Source of the DNA: Hydrolagus colliei
Lineage: Eukaryota
Direction of reading: 5' to 3'
NCBI GenBank assembly: GCA_035084275.1
Contig: CM068758.1
Location: forward strand, 10,664,001-10,728,000
Length of the DNA stretch: 64,000 nucleotides
Shown: one piece after another, positions 1 through 13,060 of the stretch
Position numbering within the stretch: position 1 is the stretch's first letter
Layout of the letters: the number at the start of each line of letters is the position of its first letter
Notes under the pieces: generated by a model
The model's database searches: none
Told to the model about the DNA's origin: nothing
Seen by the model: only the letters and a program-made list of their open reading frames with translations
Program-made: the position numbers and the translations under genes

Positions 1-396
1 CCTCACCCACTTCTGAAGCAAACCCTGAGCACCTTAAAATGCAAAATACATACAATCATTGTCCTTACCATCAATTAGTGACTTTGCTGTATTGTAAACA
101 AGTTAAGGAAAGGAAAATGAATGAGAACTCTGTTACGCTGGTCAGTTTGACCTGGAAAAATTATTAGTGGTGAGAGTTAAGCTTCTTTTTTTCTCTGTTT
201 GACCCTACTTGGAGTTGTGTGTGCTTCACTTGCTCGTTCTGCTTTGGCAAACACACAAGAGCAAATGCCGATGCAGATGTCATCCTGCTAAATCCACTGT
301 TTCTGTTTCCTTACGGTGACTGGCTCAGATTAAAATTATGGAGGGATCATGGACAAAGCCCCCCTATTTCATCATTTTATTATTCCTTTCCCTTGA

Positions 397-500
397 ATAA
401 TAATAATCCTTGCATTTAATATAGTTTTCGAGACGTCTCAGAGCTCTTCACAGAATATACTGTAAAGTGAATTAATGGTATTGTATATTTTGTGGTCGAA
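397..500 (-). mobile_element. SINE 3' tail fragment
   Basis: (aat)n-ccttgcattt...gagacgtctcagagctcttcacagaatatactgtaaagtgaatt is the reverse complement of the SINE tail seen throughout the window. Confidence 0.75.
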
Positions 501-1309
501 TGAACAGACGCTTTACTTACTGCAAGAACATCTTCTCAGCAGCTTAAAAATGCAAGAAGAATTGATCATTAACTTCTAACTCTCTGGGTTTTTATTCCAA
601 ATGCGATTTTGCACATCTGTGCAGATGTCTGTCCACCACTCAATGTTTCCCTGGCATCTGTAGCAGCATTAGCGCAGTACTCGGATTACTCTTTCTTGAA
701 GGTTCAATCAACTGTGAATTCTATAGCTATCTTAACCAACAAGTCAAGGTTGGTACATTCATCCATTTTGAAGGCTCCATAATGGAGCGTGAGATTTTAA
801 ACGACAATTATGTTTCTATGTGGCCCTGACCTCTGCTCTGCAGTGTTAATTCCCGATGTTTGTGAGATGTATGTGTTTTTCTTGCAGTTCTGTGGATAAT
901 TCAATAAATTGCATGTGAAAAATAATCTTTGATGAGCAATGTACTTTAGCAACAACCTTTGTCCCCATTTTTTAATTATTCTCCTCCCTGGGGCCCTGCA
1001 AGTTCTAATGCTTGGTCTTTCGTTGCTATTTTGCAACATAAGGAGGTATGGAAGAAAAGCGTTATTTTCCAGGGGAATACTTGTTGTTTGTCCTTAGAGG
1101 CCTGATTGAAATAGAATAAGGTGACCTTGCGTCCTTTCACAGATGGCACTGCACACCACCGTGCCATGGGATAAATGATCAAGAAACTTTTAAAGTAATT
1201 ATTTGTGGGTGCTGTAGCTTTTCTAATTGCAGACCTGTTTGACATAGATATTGGTCTTGTCAGTTTATTATAACAGTATTATTGTTATTACTCCATGTAT
1301 TGGTCTTGA

Positions 1310-1422
1310 ATACACAGTCACTACACTTTACAGTGTACTTTGTGAAGCCCTTTGAGACGTCAAGCGCCTTGGGAAGTCCTCCTGATGCGAAAGGCACTAT
1401 GCAATTGTAATTTGTTGTTGTT
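1310..1422 (+). mobile_element. SINE tail fused to an L2 3' tail
   Basis: acagtcactacactttacagtgtactttgtgaagccctttgagacgtc is followed directly by agcgccttgggaagtcctcctgatgcgaaaggcactat...(ttg)n. Confidence 0.65.
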
Positions 1423-3143
1423 GAAGATGTGATTAGGCTCCGTATCAAATGAAAGAATTATTATTAAGCCTCGCTGAAGGTTACATTTAAATACGCAAAG
1501 GTTGCGTATTAATACAGTAATGTAAATTAATACAGTAATGATTTAACATGGAACTTAGTAAATATGAAATCAGAAACTGACAGTACAGGATTCCATTTTA
1601 ATTCCATCTCATTTGCCTGTATGTTTCTTCAATAGCTTTGTGTCAAGTAAACCCATGTAAATATGTCCTGCTTGAGGTGTGTGAGAATTTAGCTCATTTC
1701 CCTGTGATGAGGGTGTGGTTCTGATTACCTGGAACATTTGTACATATGCATCGGTAATGTGTTGCATTGAGTTTTGCGCTGCCTTTTCATGCCCAAACTG
1801 ATGGAACAGTAGCCTCCTGTGTTTGTTGAGTGTTGCAAGGTCACTTTGGGCAACCTCCACCCAGTGCCTCATTGGCATTGGTTCAATGAACAAAACTACT
1901 CTTAATTTGGCACTAATTTAGCAATGTCACTCAAGCAGGCCACAGGAAGACTGGTTTTGGAAGTGAAAAAAAATCGCAATGACGGTGAGCCCTTCCACAG
2001 GTGGTGCTAGACATTAATCAAGGTACGGAGCTGAATGGATTGTGTGACAGGCATGCAGATGGATCTGTCAGTTACTGATTCAGTTGTCTGTTGAAGAACA
2101 TCGTGTACAAGAAAGCGCTCGATGATTCCCGCAGGTCAGAAGCAAAAACTGACCCTAAATAGAATCGGGTTTCGAACCAGAGGCTCAATAGTAAATCATC
2201 ACACCCTATTTCATGGGTTATTTGTTCAGTGGATGCTGATGTAACACTTAATTGAACTATTCAAACTGTATCATTATATCGAGTTGAGAAGCTAGTTAAG
2301 GTTCCATCTCCTAATAACTGAAATCTTGCTGAAGATAAGAAAACGATTCTTGCACCACTGCTGTTCATTATACCACAGCAATCTCCATTAAAATATTTCT
2401 ATCTAAAGGGAAAATATGTTTAAATTGATTTTTTTTATGGCTATTTAAAGCGAAACTCCCATTCCCATACTCTAGCAAAACTTGTTCACATAGTAATTTT
2501 ATTTAGAAATTTTCATGGTTGCGAACCAAGTTCATAATATTCCAATAAAGTATCTTTTCATTAAAAAAAACACAAGTTTGGTGTTCAAAAGTCAGTGTCC
2601 AAGAAGCAAACTATTTACATAGAGGATTGATAAGGTTGCAGTGCTCATTCAATGCTACCAGAGAGTGATTTTAAAAGAACTCTTGGCTGAGCGACCACAT
2701 AAATTTGTGAAATCCTGCAATCTTGCAATATATTTGGATTTTTAAAAGTTCCATCATGCCGCGTGAAATCGTGATGCTGACTAGTTGGTTTGACAGAATT
2801 TCTTTACCCCGTTGTATTCGAAACATTACAGACTCGATTTGCAGCCTTCCAAGATTTAACTTTGTCGATGTTCATTTTTGTTGCTTTTTTAAAAACTGAA
2901 ATCTCAGTCCGAAGTCACTGTTAACGGGAATATGTATAATTGGCGTCAGTGGCATACCATCCTGTATATTATGGAGGATGCTATACAAGGAATCCACAGC
3001 TTAAATTTTGTATATCATTGAGTCTATAGTTTCAGGTACCTGGAGTATTTAACAAAACATAAATAGATGAATGTTGAGGAGCAAGTGGTGTGGTAGAGGG
3101 AAGAATTTCATTGAGGGGCTATCAATCCATTTTTAATTCAGTA

Positions 3144-3401
3144 CAGGTAGACCTCGCTTAACGTTGCTTCGGTCAACGTTGTTTCGGTATGAGGTTGCTG
3201 ACACATAGGGAAACATATATTAATTTAACATTGCGACATTTGCTATTACGTCATTCGCGAGGGGAAAACAAACTACGCTGGGTAGCGTAGGCGTACATAG
3301 CCGCTGAATGTCCGACATTCTTGCGTGGTTCGCTTAACCACATTCCAGTTAAAGTCACGTTTTTCGCGAACACAGCTGCAACGTTAAGCGAGGGCTAAAT
3401 G
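3144..3401. mobile_element. Tc1/mariner (Tigger/pogo-like) MITE, ~258 bp
   Basis: Left end TA|CAGGTAGACCTCGCTTAACGTTGC; right end GCAACGTTAAGCGAGGGCTAAATG (imperfect inverted repeat); CpG-rich interior. Confidence 0.8.
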
Positions 3402-3929
3402 AATTTTGATGGTGTTCATAAACTCTACCTTCTGATCTTTGCCCATTACAAAGTTAACAGAGGATAACACTACCTCACAGCTGAGGCATTGTGGACTAAT
3501 TTTTGCAGATTAATTAATTAAAATTAGTTTACTAAACAGTTTTTTTCTCCTGAAGATTAATCTGAACATTGATTCATTCTTCTCATAAATTGGGACTACA
3601 AATTATTCGATGAGAGACGTAAAGCTATAAAGATTTATACTAAGCTAGCTGATTAATTTTGATCATTTTGTGCATACTTAAACAGTTAATGTAGTTTAAT
3701 ATCATTGCAGTAATAGAAAATATTCGATTAAGATTAATCATTCATTTTCAGATCCGAAGTAATTAGATTTTTCAGATAGTTCAATATAATGTACCTGCTG
3801 TACACTTCATAAGTTAGTTTTGGCAATTTAAGTATAAAGTTTCCAGTTTGTGACATAGAGTATGGAATAATACAATACAGTATGTGGATTATCCATTTTA
3901 CTAGAAATCTAACCCTAAAATACACATTT

Positions 3930-4133
3930 ATCTGGTAGTTCAGATGGATGTTAGACTATTTGTTAGAAAAACAAACTCTCCCAAGTATCTTGGTCAGTAT
4001 TCACTCTCTACCAATTTATCCCTAAACAAATTATTTTGTGGTCATTTATTTCATTCTTGAGGTAGGATGTTGATTAGCTCAGATGAGCTGCAATAGTTAC
4101 CTATATAATAACAGTAACCGCCCTTCCAAAGTA
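3930..4133 (+). mobile_element. Old DeuSINE-like element, 5' part (resumes at ~6306-6375)
   Basis: Degenerate ttcagatggatgttag...ggtcatt...acagtaaccgcccttccaaagta; the tail (gtgaggcacttagagacatcttgagatg...caaatgcaattactatt) resumes after the nested insertions. Confidence 0.55.
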
Positions 4134-6305
4134 CAGGTATCCTGCCACAACCGCAACCTTGTCAACCACAAAACTCACACATCCACGGTTTGCTAAATAC
4201 GACAACCCTCGCAAACTGCGTTTTGCGTTTTGCGCATCAGTGATTTAAATCCGCGGGTTTAAATTTTCAAGTTTAGCATAGCGTATAGCACTAGGACCCA
4301 GTTGCTATGTTGCAATTAACCAGTGACAACGCTTCTGTCTTCGGACTGAGGTAAATACAGCAACATGAATTTATTGTCGCTTCTCCGCAGCCTACTAGTA
4401 AGTTTGGGAGCATTGGCTGCCAGCATCTGCAGATCTCGCTCTCTGTGTGTAAGTGTATCTCTCTCTGACTCACCTCTTTATTTCACCTTCTTTTCCCCCC
4501 ACACCCCCCCTCCCCCACCCGCCTTCTCTCTCTCATCTTCTCTCTCTGACTCACCTTCTCTTCGCTTCCCCACTCTCCACCCCCCTTCTCTCTCACCTCT
4601 CTATTTCACCTTCTCTTCCCCCCCCCCTCTCTGTGTGTATCTGTCTGTATCAGTCAGTCAGACAGCCCCCCGCCCCCCAAGCCTCCATGTCTCTCTGTAG
4701 ATCAGACAGTCAGCCCTCCCCCCCCCCCCCCCCCCCGTGTCTCTCTCTTTCTCTGTGTCTAGAGTCAGTCAGTCAGACAGCCTCGCGGATTGCTGCAAAT
4801 GCGCCGAAACTTACTCCCCCTATCCCCATGCATAAGAACATAAGAATTAGGAGCAGGAGTAGGCCATTCGGCCCTTCGAGTCTGCTCCGCCATTCAATAA
4901 GATCATGGCTGATATTCTCACCTAACTGTAATTACCTGCCCATATCCCCATTTCCCCTAATTTTTTTCAAAAATCTCAGCCTCAGCCTTGAAAAGCCTCA
5001 GCCATCAGGCTCAGCCTTGAAAATGTTCAAGGACTGAGCATCTACAGCCTTCTGGGGTCGTGAATTCCATAAATTCACTACCCTCTGAGTGAAGAAATGT
5101 TTCCTCAACTCTGTTCTTAAAGGCTGACCCTTAATTTTAAGACTGTGACCCCTGGTTATAGATTCTCCTACCAGAGGAAACAGTCCCTCAGTGTCTACTT
5201 TATCTAGCTTTTTAAGAATGTTATATGTTTCAATAAGATCCCCCCTAATTCTTCTGTATTCTAGAAAATACAGCCCTAGTTTATTCAATCTATCCTCATA
5301 GGTCAGTCCCCTCATCCCAGGAACTAATCTAGTGAATCTACGCTGCATCCCCTCTAAGGCAAGTATGTCCCTTTTTAAATAAGGAGATCAAAACTGCACA
5401 CAATACTCTAGGTGTGGTCTCACCAAAGCCCTATACACTTGCAGCAAGACTTCCCTACTCTGGTATTCTAAACCTTTTGAAATGAACGCTAGCATGCCGT
5501 TCGCCTTCTTAGTTGCTTGCTGTACCTGCAAACTAACTTTTTGGGACTGGTGTACAAGGACACCCAAATCCCGTTGAACACTAACATTATCTAACTTCTC
5601 CCCCTCTAGAAAATAATATTTTCTTTTATTCTTGCTACCTAGGTGAATAATTTCACACTTGCTAACATTGAATTCCATCTGCCACCTACTTGCCCACTTC
5701 CCTCGCCTATCTATATCTTGTTGCAATCTTTTTGCATCATCCTCAGAGCTCACTCTGCTACCTAGTTTAGTGTCATCCGCGAATTTAGACACATTACATT
5801 CAATATCCTCGTCCAGATCATTGATGTAAACAGTAAATAGCTGAGGCCCAAGCACTGATCCTTGTGGCACTCCACTAGTTACATCCTGCCAATTCGAGAA
5901 TGTTTATCGCTACTCTCTGCTTTCTACCCGATAGCCACTCTTCTATCCATGTTAATATTTTCCCATTAATCCCGTGGGCCTTAATCTTGAGTAACAGCCT
6001 TTTGTGTGGCACCTTGTCAAATGCCTTCCTAAAATCCAAATATACCACATCTACTGGTTCCCCCTTATCCAACCTGCTGGATATATCTTCAAAAAATTCT
6101 AAAAGATTAGTCAAGCATGACTTCCCTTTTGTAAAGCCATGTTGACTCTGGTCAACATGGCTTTTTATGGTCATCTTTTTATGGTCTTCAAGGTATCCCA
6201 TAACTACGTCTTTTATTAAGGACTCAAGAATTTTCCCTACAACTGACGTCAGACTAACTGTTCTAACTGTATTTTTTTTGTGTTTAGTTTTACTAAAGAT
6301 ACCTG
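4134..6305. mobile_element. Tigger-like non-autonomous DNA transposon, interrupted by a CR1 LINE; contains a CT/C-rich low-complexity tract at ~4430-4790
   Basis: TA|CAGGTATC at 4134 and GATACCTG at 6298-6305; the flanks rejoin into one SINE. The terminal match is short. Confidence 0.5.
4831..6265 (-). mobile_element. CR1-clade (HER1-like) LINE, 5'-truncated, RT domain to 3' end, degenerate
   Basis: ORF pieces with [41 protein letters not shown] and RGHSLK...FFTQRVVNLWN; 3' end (ttcttatg)n tail (cataagaacataagaa on the + strand). Confidence 0.93.
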
Positions 6306-7356
6306 CAATCAATTTTGTGAGGCACTTAGAGACATCTTGAGATGATAAGATAATGCATCAAATGCAATTACTATTTATTTTAACTCAAGATCGCCCTCAA
6401 ACTGTGCACAACTGAAGATGGATTAAAATGACATCAATGGGATTCTTTCGCAGAAGAAACTTAGATTTCTTGTTGACCCTGAACCACTGTAATATTCTTA
6501 ATAATTTGGTTGTCTGTACTTTTGCAAGTTAATTATCTTCATTCCTTGGCACTGTTCCTTTGACGTTTGTGAATCGGTGTTGTATGACAGGTTGCTCCGA
6601 ATTCTGCTTCCACACATGAGTGGTAATACTCAACTCATCTGCTGTTGTTTCATTGCCCTCCTGTAAAGCAAGAACGTTGTCTCTGCTTTGCACACTGCTT
6701 GCAATAAGTCACTTTACCTGTAGGGAATCACAGGGTGAACCTACAACTTGCCACTTCATAAAGCAATGTGTCAGTGCATAGTGGAAAGACAGAACCTAAA
6801 ATAGACTTTATTACTGTTTTTTCACACTTTGTTTCACATTAGTCTATTTAATGGCACCAGAACAAATAATTTTCCTAAAACAGTCCATCTCTTGATGCTT
6901 GTGGCTATAGAGAATTGCACTTGCGAGTGCAGTGAATGTTGCAGCTGTATTAGCAAACACAGAATTAATTTAATTTGATTTATTGCATACCTGTCAATGG
7001 ACACAGCTAAGGGACCAACCAATCATAAAGTAATCTTATGAGCGAGATGTCTGTAAGGCACGATTTAAATTGTTTATCGAGTAGAATGCTGGATTTGTCG
7101 CCGCATTGTGACTGGTGATGTTTGACTGTGATTTTACTCTTGTGGGGTAGGGATGTGCAGGGTTCACTTGATAGTTTTGACACAAGTAAGAATCTTGTGC
7201 AATGAATTGTCACCTGTAATAAGTTTATCTAAAATGCAGAATTTGCTACTAAATAGCAATATGTCTGATCAATTAAACCGAGTGAATGTTAAGTCCCATC
7301 ACAAAAGTCGTAAATTATTTAAAGATTTAGAGCAATAATTTGGATTGTATGTTATG

Positions 7357-7676
7357 AATAATAATAATAATCCTTGCGTTGGATATAGTGCTTTTCACAT
7401 CTTATCGACGTCTCAAAGCGCTTCACAGAATGTACCGTAAAGTGAATTGACTGTATATTTGTGGGCGAAACGCGGCAGCCAAATGCGCACAGCGTCCCAC
7501 AAACAGTCGTGAATTGAAATAACCAAATTTTATTATTGTTTTTTTTTGAGGGATCATTATTAGGTGTGTGTGTGGAGTAAGGAAACTTGCCCAAGGTTTC
7601 GCCCTGATCTGCCTGGATTCAAACATAGGTCTCACACTTCTAAGGCGAGTGCTCTAACCACTGAGCTACAGGAGCT
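7357..7676 (-). mobile_element. tRNA-derived SINE, near full length (short subfamily)
   Basis: On the - strand: A box TAGCTCAGTGG, B-box-like GTTTGAATCC, cttgggcaagtttccttactcc, Deu-like core tgtttgtgggac..ttggctgccgcgtttc, L2-like tail and (att)n. Confidence 0.88.
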
Positions 7677-8194
7677 ACAAAATAAACTGAAAAACTCACA
7701 ATAGGTTGCTTCCTATGTAAAATCTGACTTGATTGACTTATTGACGAGAGTCTCTTCTCTATGAATAGGGCCTTGGATTGAAACTGTGCTTGAATACCTT
7801 TGTGTAGTTGTGTTGTGTGGTCAGTCTTCATTTCTGTTATCCGATGAATAAGGCAACCATTTCCTTTTGTTATGTACAGTTTTGCCTTTGAAAGTTGAGA
7901 TCAATGATCCATGGAGTTCAAGGGTACAAGGCCTTTAGTTTCTTTTAAATATCCATTTCTAAAAGCTGGTGGACTACATGTAACATATTTGTTTCTAAAC
8001 AAATAATAACTTTATACAGAATCCTATACTTAAAGCAAGGAAGTAATTACTTTAGTTTTTTTTTTAATTTGTGTATCTGGTATTTATGGGCTATTTACCA
8101 AATATACCCATCAGTTTGACATCATCAGTTGCACAGATTTCACAGTTGTAAGGTGAGTGCTCTAACCACTAAGCTACATAACTCCAGTTATATA

Positions 8195-8410
8195 TTGAGT
8201 GACCAGGTTGTTATTTTTTGAAGGAATTATTATCCCTGGAAAAGCTGTCCGTCAAACGACTATAAAACAGGTTCCTACTTATTACAGTACTGGGTAAACA
8301 GAGGTGTGTGGAGTAAGGAAACTTAACCAACGGGTTGGCCTGCCTGGTATTGAACCCAGATTCTCTCACTTGTGATGTGAGTGCTCAAACCACTAAGCTA
8401 GAAGGATTCC
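8195..8410 (-). mobile_element. tRNA-derived SINE 5' half (long subfamily)
   Basis: tRNA head plus an extra middle segment (cacctctgtttacccagt..aagtaggaacc..gtcgtttgacgg..ttttccaggg) absent from the short copies. A second head fragment lies at ~8147-8186. Confidence 0.75.
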
Positions 8411-9334
8411 ACTCCAAATACATGCAATAAAATTTAAGTTTCTTATATAATTTCTCTCAGTGATGTATGTCTTCTGATCGAAAACCACAACTGCCATATT
8501 GATCAGTAAAGTGGCAGTAGCCTTCAGTCAGGCCACAATAGGACCATTCTGTAATTTTTCACTTCACCTTTGGGATTCTAGTAAAATGTATGACATTTTG
8601 GAGAGGATTTATTTATGCAGCCCACTGTGTTGGCAGTGTAAAGTGGTCACAAAGACAGAACACATCGACTTTCTCGAGTGCATTTAACCTTCATATATTC
8701 CAATAGTTTTTTTTCTTCTGGTTGTTAGTATAAGATCTAACTCATACTCAGATTTACAAACTTGCAAAGGCAAGTGTACACATTGGGTCCAATTGTGCGC
8801 CCTGTGTAAACCATGCATACGGAAGGAATTACAAGTGCCCTAACTTAGGCAATTAACAGCCAATGGAAAGAATTGGTTAATTACATAGTTAATCCTTTTA
8901 TTGGTTAATTAAATATTTTTCCTGTGGTGCATAATACATAACGCATTAATGTGTAAAACATGGCATGTAAAAGATCCCATTATCACTTGACTTTGTGTTT
9001 TAAGAGTGATTCATATTTCAGAATTGAAGCGATTTCTATTCATCCTAGCTGTTTAAGGTATAATTGATGTTTGGAGCTGGAATTGCCTCAGTAAAATTCC
9101 AGATGCTACCATTTTTATACTCCAAAATATGCACAATGACCAGACATTTTGGCACTCGAGTTTTGCTTCCCTCTCTGCAGCAGGTGTAAGATCTACTGCA
9201 GTGGGAACATGATGTGACAGCCAAACATTGGGGAAGGCTGTTCAGAAACCAAGCCTGCTGGAAACTTTCTTGTATATTGATATTGTCCTTTCAATTCTAA
9301 ATTGGTCCAAAAATGAGAAAAATATCAACCTGTC

Positions 9335-9672
9335 CGCTCCCTTCGCTCCGGTCTGCTTCACATCCTCCACCCGGCCTCCCCAACTTCAGCGGTCAGGCCT
9401 TCAGCCTCTCTGCCCCCACCCTTTGGAGCGCCATCTCACATTCTCTTCATCTTGCTCCCTCTCTTGCCTCCTTCAAGGCACGTCTCAACACCTTCCACTT
9501 CGGCCACACCTTCGAGCCCCACCTCCTATGCCTACTTTCCCTGCCCACTTTCCCTGCCCTCCACTCTCCCTGATCTCAACCTCCTCCCACTCGGGTCCAA
9601 TCCCTGAATGTCCAGTGCTTTCTCCCGACGTGAAAGGCGCTATATAAGTGCAGTTTGGTTTGTTGTTTGTTT
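9335..9672 (+). mobile_element. L2 LINE 3' fragment
   Basis: Translates GQAFSLSAPTLWSAI..SLASFKARLNTFHF (L2 ORF2 C-terminus); tail cccgacgtgaaaggcgctatataag-(ttg)n. Confidence 0.82.
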
Positions 9673-12600
9673 GTTTGGGATGTCCTCTCAACAAGAGAGG
9701 CACTGTACAAATATAATTTGGTATTCATAGACTTGCACAGCAAAGGAGGCCATTTGGCTCATTGAGGCTGCACTTATGACAACCTCATTTGCTTTCTTTC
9801 CCCTGCTACCCTCTTGAAAACTCACCTAGTTCCAACTTGAATCCACTTATGCTATCTGCTTCAATAGCTTTCTCAGGGAGTTTATTCTAAGTTAGTTCGG
9901 TATCCTCTTTGTTTAATTTGTACCGTCTGCTTCTGCCATTGCAGCCCAGAACCTTAATTGATCTATTTTAAAGGCTGCATGTTTTTGTTTTGTTTTCATA
10001 AAGATTGTTTTCCCATTTATTCTCGGCTCTGTGGATCAGGTTTTAGCATCACTTTTTTTTATCCAGGAATGTAGCTCAGCCTGCTTGAATATAGTCTAAT
10101 CCCTGTCCAATTATAAAGACTCCAGCCTTCATCCTAGTCAATTCTACTTTGACCTTTCCTATTCTACACAAACATCTTCTACTTGTTCCCCAAGTTCTCT
10201 CATGTTTGGTTATATTCTCTTCAGGTTCCAAGTCCACCTTTCTGTTGCTAAGTACTATTTATTGATGTTGAATTATTCCAGCGCCTTGGGACGTGAAAGG
10301 CACTCTATAAATATAATCTTGTTGTTGTTGTTGCTGTTGATTTTGTATTCCATGGCATGATGCTCAATAATTGAGGCTTTATTTTTCAGAACAAATTTTT
10401 TTTGGGGGGGTAATATTTTTCAATCAGTAAAAAGAATTTGTGTCCAAAATATGTCCAGCAATCTGTACTACGACTGCATCCAATACATTTCTCAGACTGG
10501 CTTGCATGATAACTATAATCTAGTTGAACTATGAGATGAGCAGTGTAATGTCTATAATCTAGCAATGTTCCTAGGCTGACGGGTGTGATGGCTGTATCCA
10601 TCTTATCAGCTCTATCATTATACTACCTATGACTACTAGATACTTTGTTCTGGTTGCCAGGATGACGGATGGTTTTGAAAGTGGTCCTTTTCGCACTGCA
10701 GCACTCACTGGCTATGCTCTTTTTGTCAGTGTGCAGCTGAATACAATTATAAATGAGAGTATGCAAAGAGGAAATTATATAACAATACGATGTACAAGTA
10801 CAATATTTTAAACTTTGCTGGCTTAAGCCTCAAAGGTAACTGTGCTAAATTACAGTTGCAAAATGGCAACTGCTCTAATCACGTGGGAGTTCCATATGTA
10901 ATCTTCAGAAAGAATGAGGAATCTCAAAGAGCTTTTCTCAGACTATGCATGATTCCAGAATGATTGTTTTCTACACAGAACTGGCTGGTCTCAATCTGTA
11001 CCTATCGTTATAGCACTGAATCCTGACCAGGTAATCATACAACCTTTTGGCGAAGATGAGTATCTCAAATGTGCTTCAGAGAAATGATAGAAGCACTGTG
11101 CAAGGAGAATTGAAGGGTTATTCACCAAATACACAGATTTAGCCTTGAGAGGGTTTTGAAGATGGAGAGAGAAGGAGCAAAGGTCAAACGATTTGGGGGA
11201 GAGTTTCAAAGAACGGGAGCATGATGGGAAGAAAAAGTGAGATGCAATCGGAACAAATGAAGAAACTGATTTTTACATGGAGCAGATCCAAAAATCCAAA
11301 ATTCATCCATGAATCCTAAAGTAAATGCATTGCAGGCTGGAGAGAGTCTATGTTCTGCTCATTCACTTTGAGAGATGAATGTTGCAGAGGCTTCAGCTGG
11401 AAGAACCACCTCCTTCACATGTTCCTTTTGAAGGCTCACTTTGTACTGTCTCAACAGAGGTCCTGTAAGTTAACGATGCTGATGCAGATTGAGGGAGGGC
11501 TCCTACAGATGGTAGGTTAGGGTAATGTCTTTGAGAGAAGAAGGAAAATGTATTATCCCATTATGGTGAAACACAGCACTTCCCAAATCATCTGTGCCAT
11601 GTTCGTCTGAACAAAGGATTTGGCACTTCCACGTAATCAATTATAATTCTTCTTAACTAATCTATCTTACAAATTCTACAAAGGATAGGATTCCTTCTTC
11701 AAATTTAAGAAGTGCATTTCTGCTGAAATGGTCTCCATCTAGAATAGGATCTCATGCAGTCTATGACTTGTTCACATTGTATATTAAGATAATTACTGTT
11801 CATTAAATTGCAATTAATTAAAGTCCAAGGTCAGGAAAAAATAATTGGTTGACATTGATTGCAGATCAGGATCACTGTGACTAAAGCAAGGTTTATAGAT
11901 CTGACTTTCTTTTACCCAGGTTTATGAAGTAAGATTTATTTAATCGAGTTAGGCAGCGTTCTTCTACTAAGTGTGTCATAGTCTGGGTTAAACTGTGTCG
12001 TTTTTGCTTCTCTGTTTTGCTGTAAAGAACTTATTTTACACAGGGGAACAATTTCAGGATTGATCTTAAGTAGGCTTCACCGTATTCTACTAAGGTTTAT
12101 GCACTAGCTCTAGATAATGGGAAATAATCCATTCTGCTTGCGAATCATGACATTGCAAACGGATCCTTCACAAAGCTTGTACTGTTACTTTGCAGAAACA
12201 ATCTGCCATAAATTGTGCTTTACTGCCATGAAACAGCAACACTGTACTAATCTGGAATATTGTATTCATGCTTTGACATTCTACAGCCAGCTGAAAGATT
12301 GTTGATTCTCTGCAGAGACGTTAAGCCATGTGGAGAGACTCGCAGTACTAAGCTTGTTTGCATTGGAGAAAAGGCTAAAGGAGAGCTCTTGTGTAGACAT
12401 TTAAAGTGCTGAGAGTCATGGGGAATGTAAATGCAGCATCTTATTTAATGTAAAAACAGTTTTTTTTATAAACGAGTGCATAGTGCAACATTGATGTGCT
12501 TCAAGATGAAGTATCGCTTGAGGTGTACACAAAACTACAAAGTGGAAGAGCGCTCACTCCCCATACGAGGTGTATGAGTGCAGAAGCCTCCCATTGAAGT

Positions 12601-12785
12601 GTTATGTTGATGAACTCCTCCAATAGATATCTAGAGTGGCTTTGATCTTAGTTATTTCATGTTAGTTTTACCCACAAATATACAGTCAATTAACTTTACA
12701 GTACATTCTGTGAAGCGCTTTGAGGCGTCGATAAGATGTGAAAAGCGCTAGATCAAATGCAAGGATCATTATTATTATAATAAAC

Positions 12786-13060
12786 TAATGGGTAGGGTGG
12801 TACTAGCTGGACAAGTAGCAGGAAAGCTTGCCAGACAGCGATATCAGTGGCTAGCTCTGTGGTTTTAGCTTGTTAAACTCCAGCAGTTCCCCATCACACA
12901 CTCTTGGCTCTTGCCAACGTGCGCCTAATAGTTTCCAGAGTTAGGCAGGGAGGATGTGCCCTTCCAGGGAGAGACTGGGCATTCCATTCCAAAAATCTAT
13001 CTCTGGAATTTCCATGTGTATGTGGGATGCATGGAAATCTCAAGTTTGGTGTAGATACTA
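12786..13060 (+). repeat. Unclassified interspersed repeat, copy 1
   Basis: taatgggtagggtggtactagctggaca...ctgtggttttagcttgttaaactccagc...cattccattccaaa...tggaaatctcaa aligns by eye with 19320-19595. Confidence 0.6.

Noticed and set aside
4365-5037. Ser/Pro/Leu-rich ORFs of 111 and 194 aa
   Set aside because: Low-complexity CT tract plus antisense CR1 tail; no evidence of coding.
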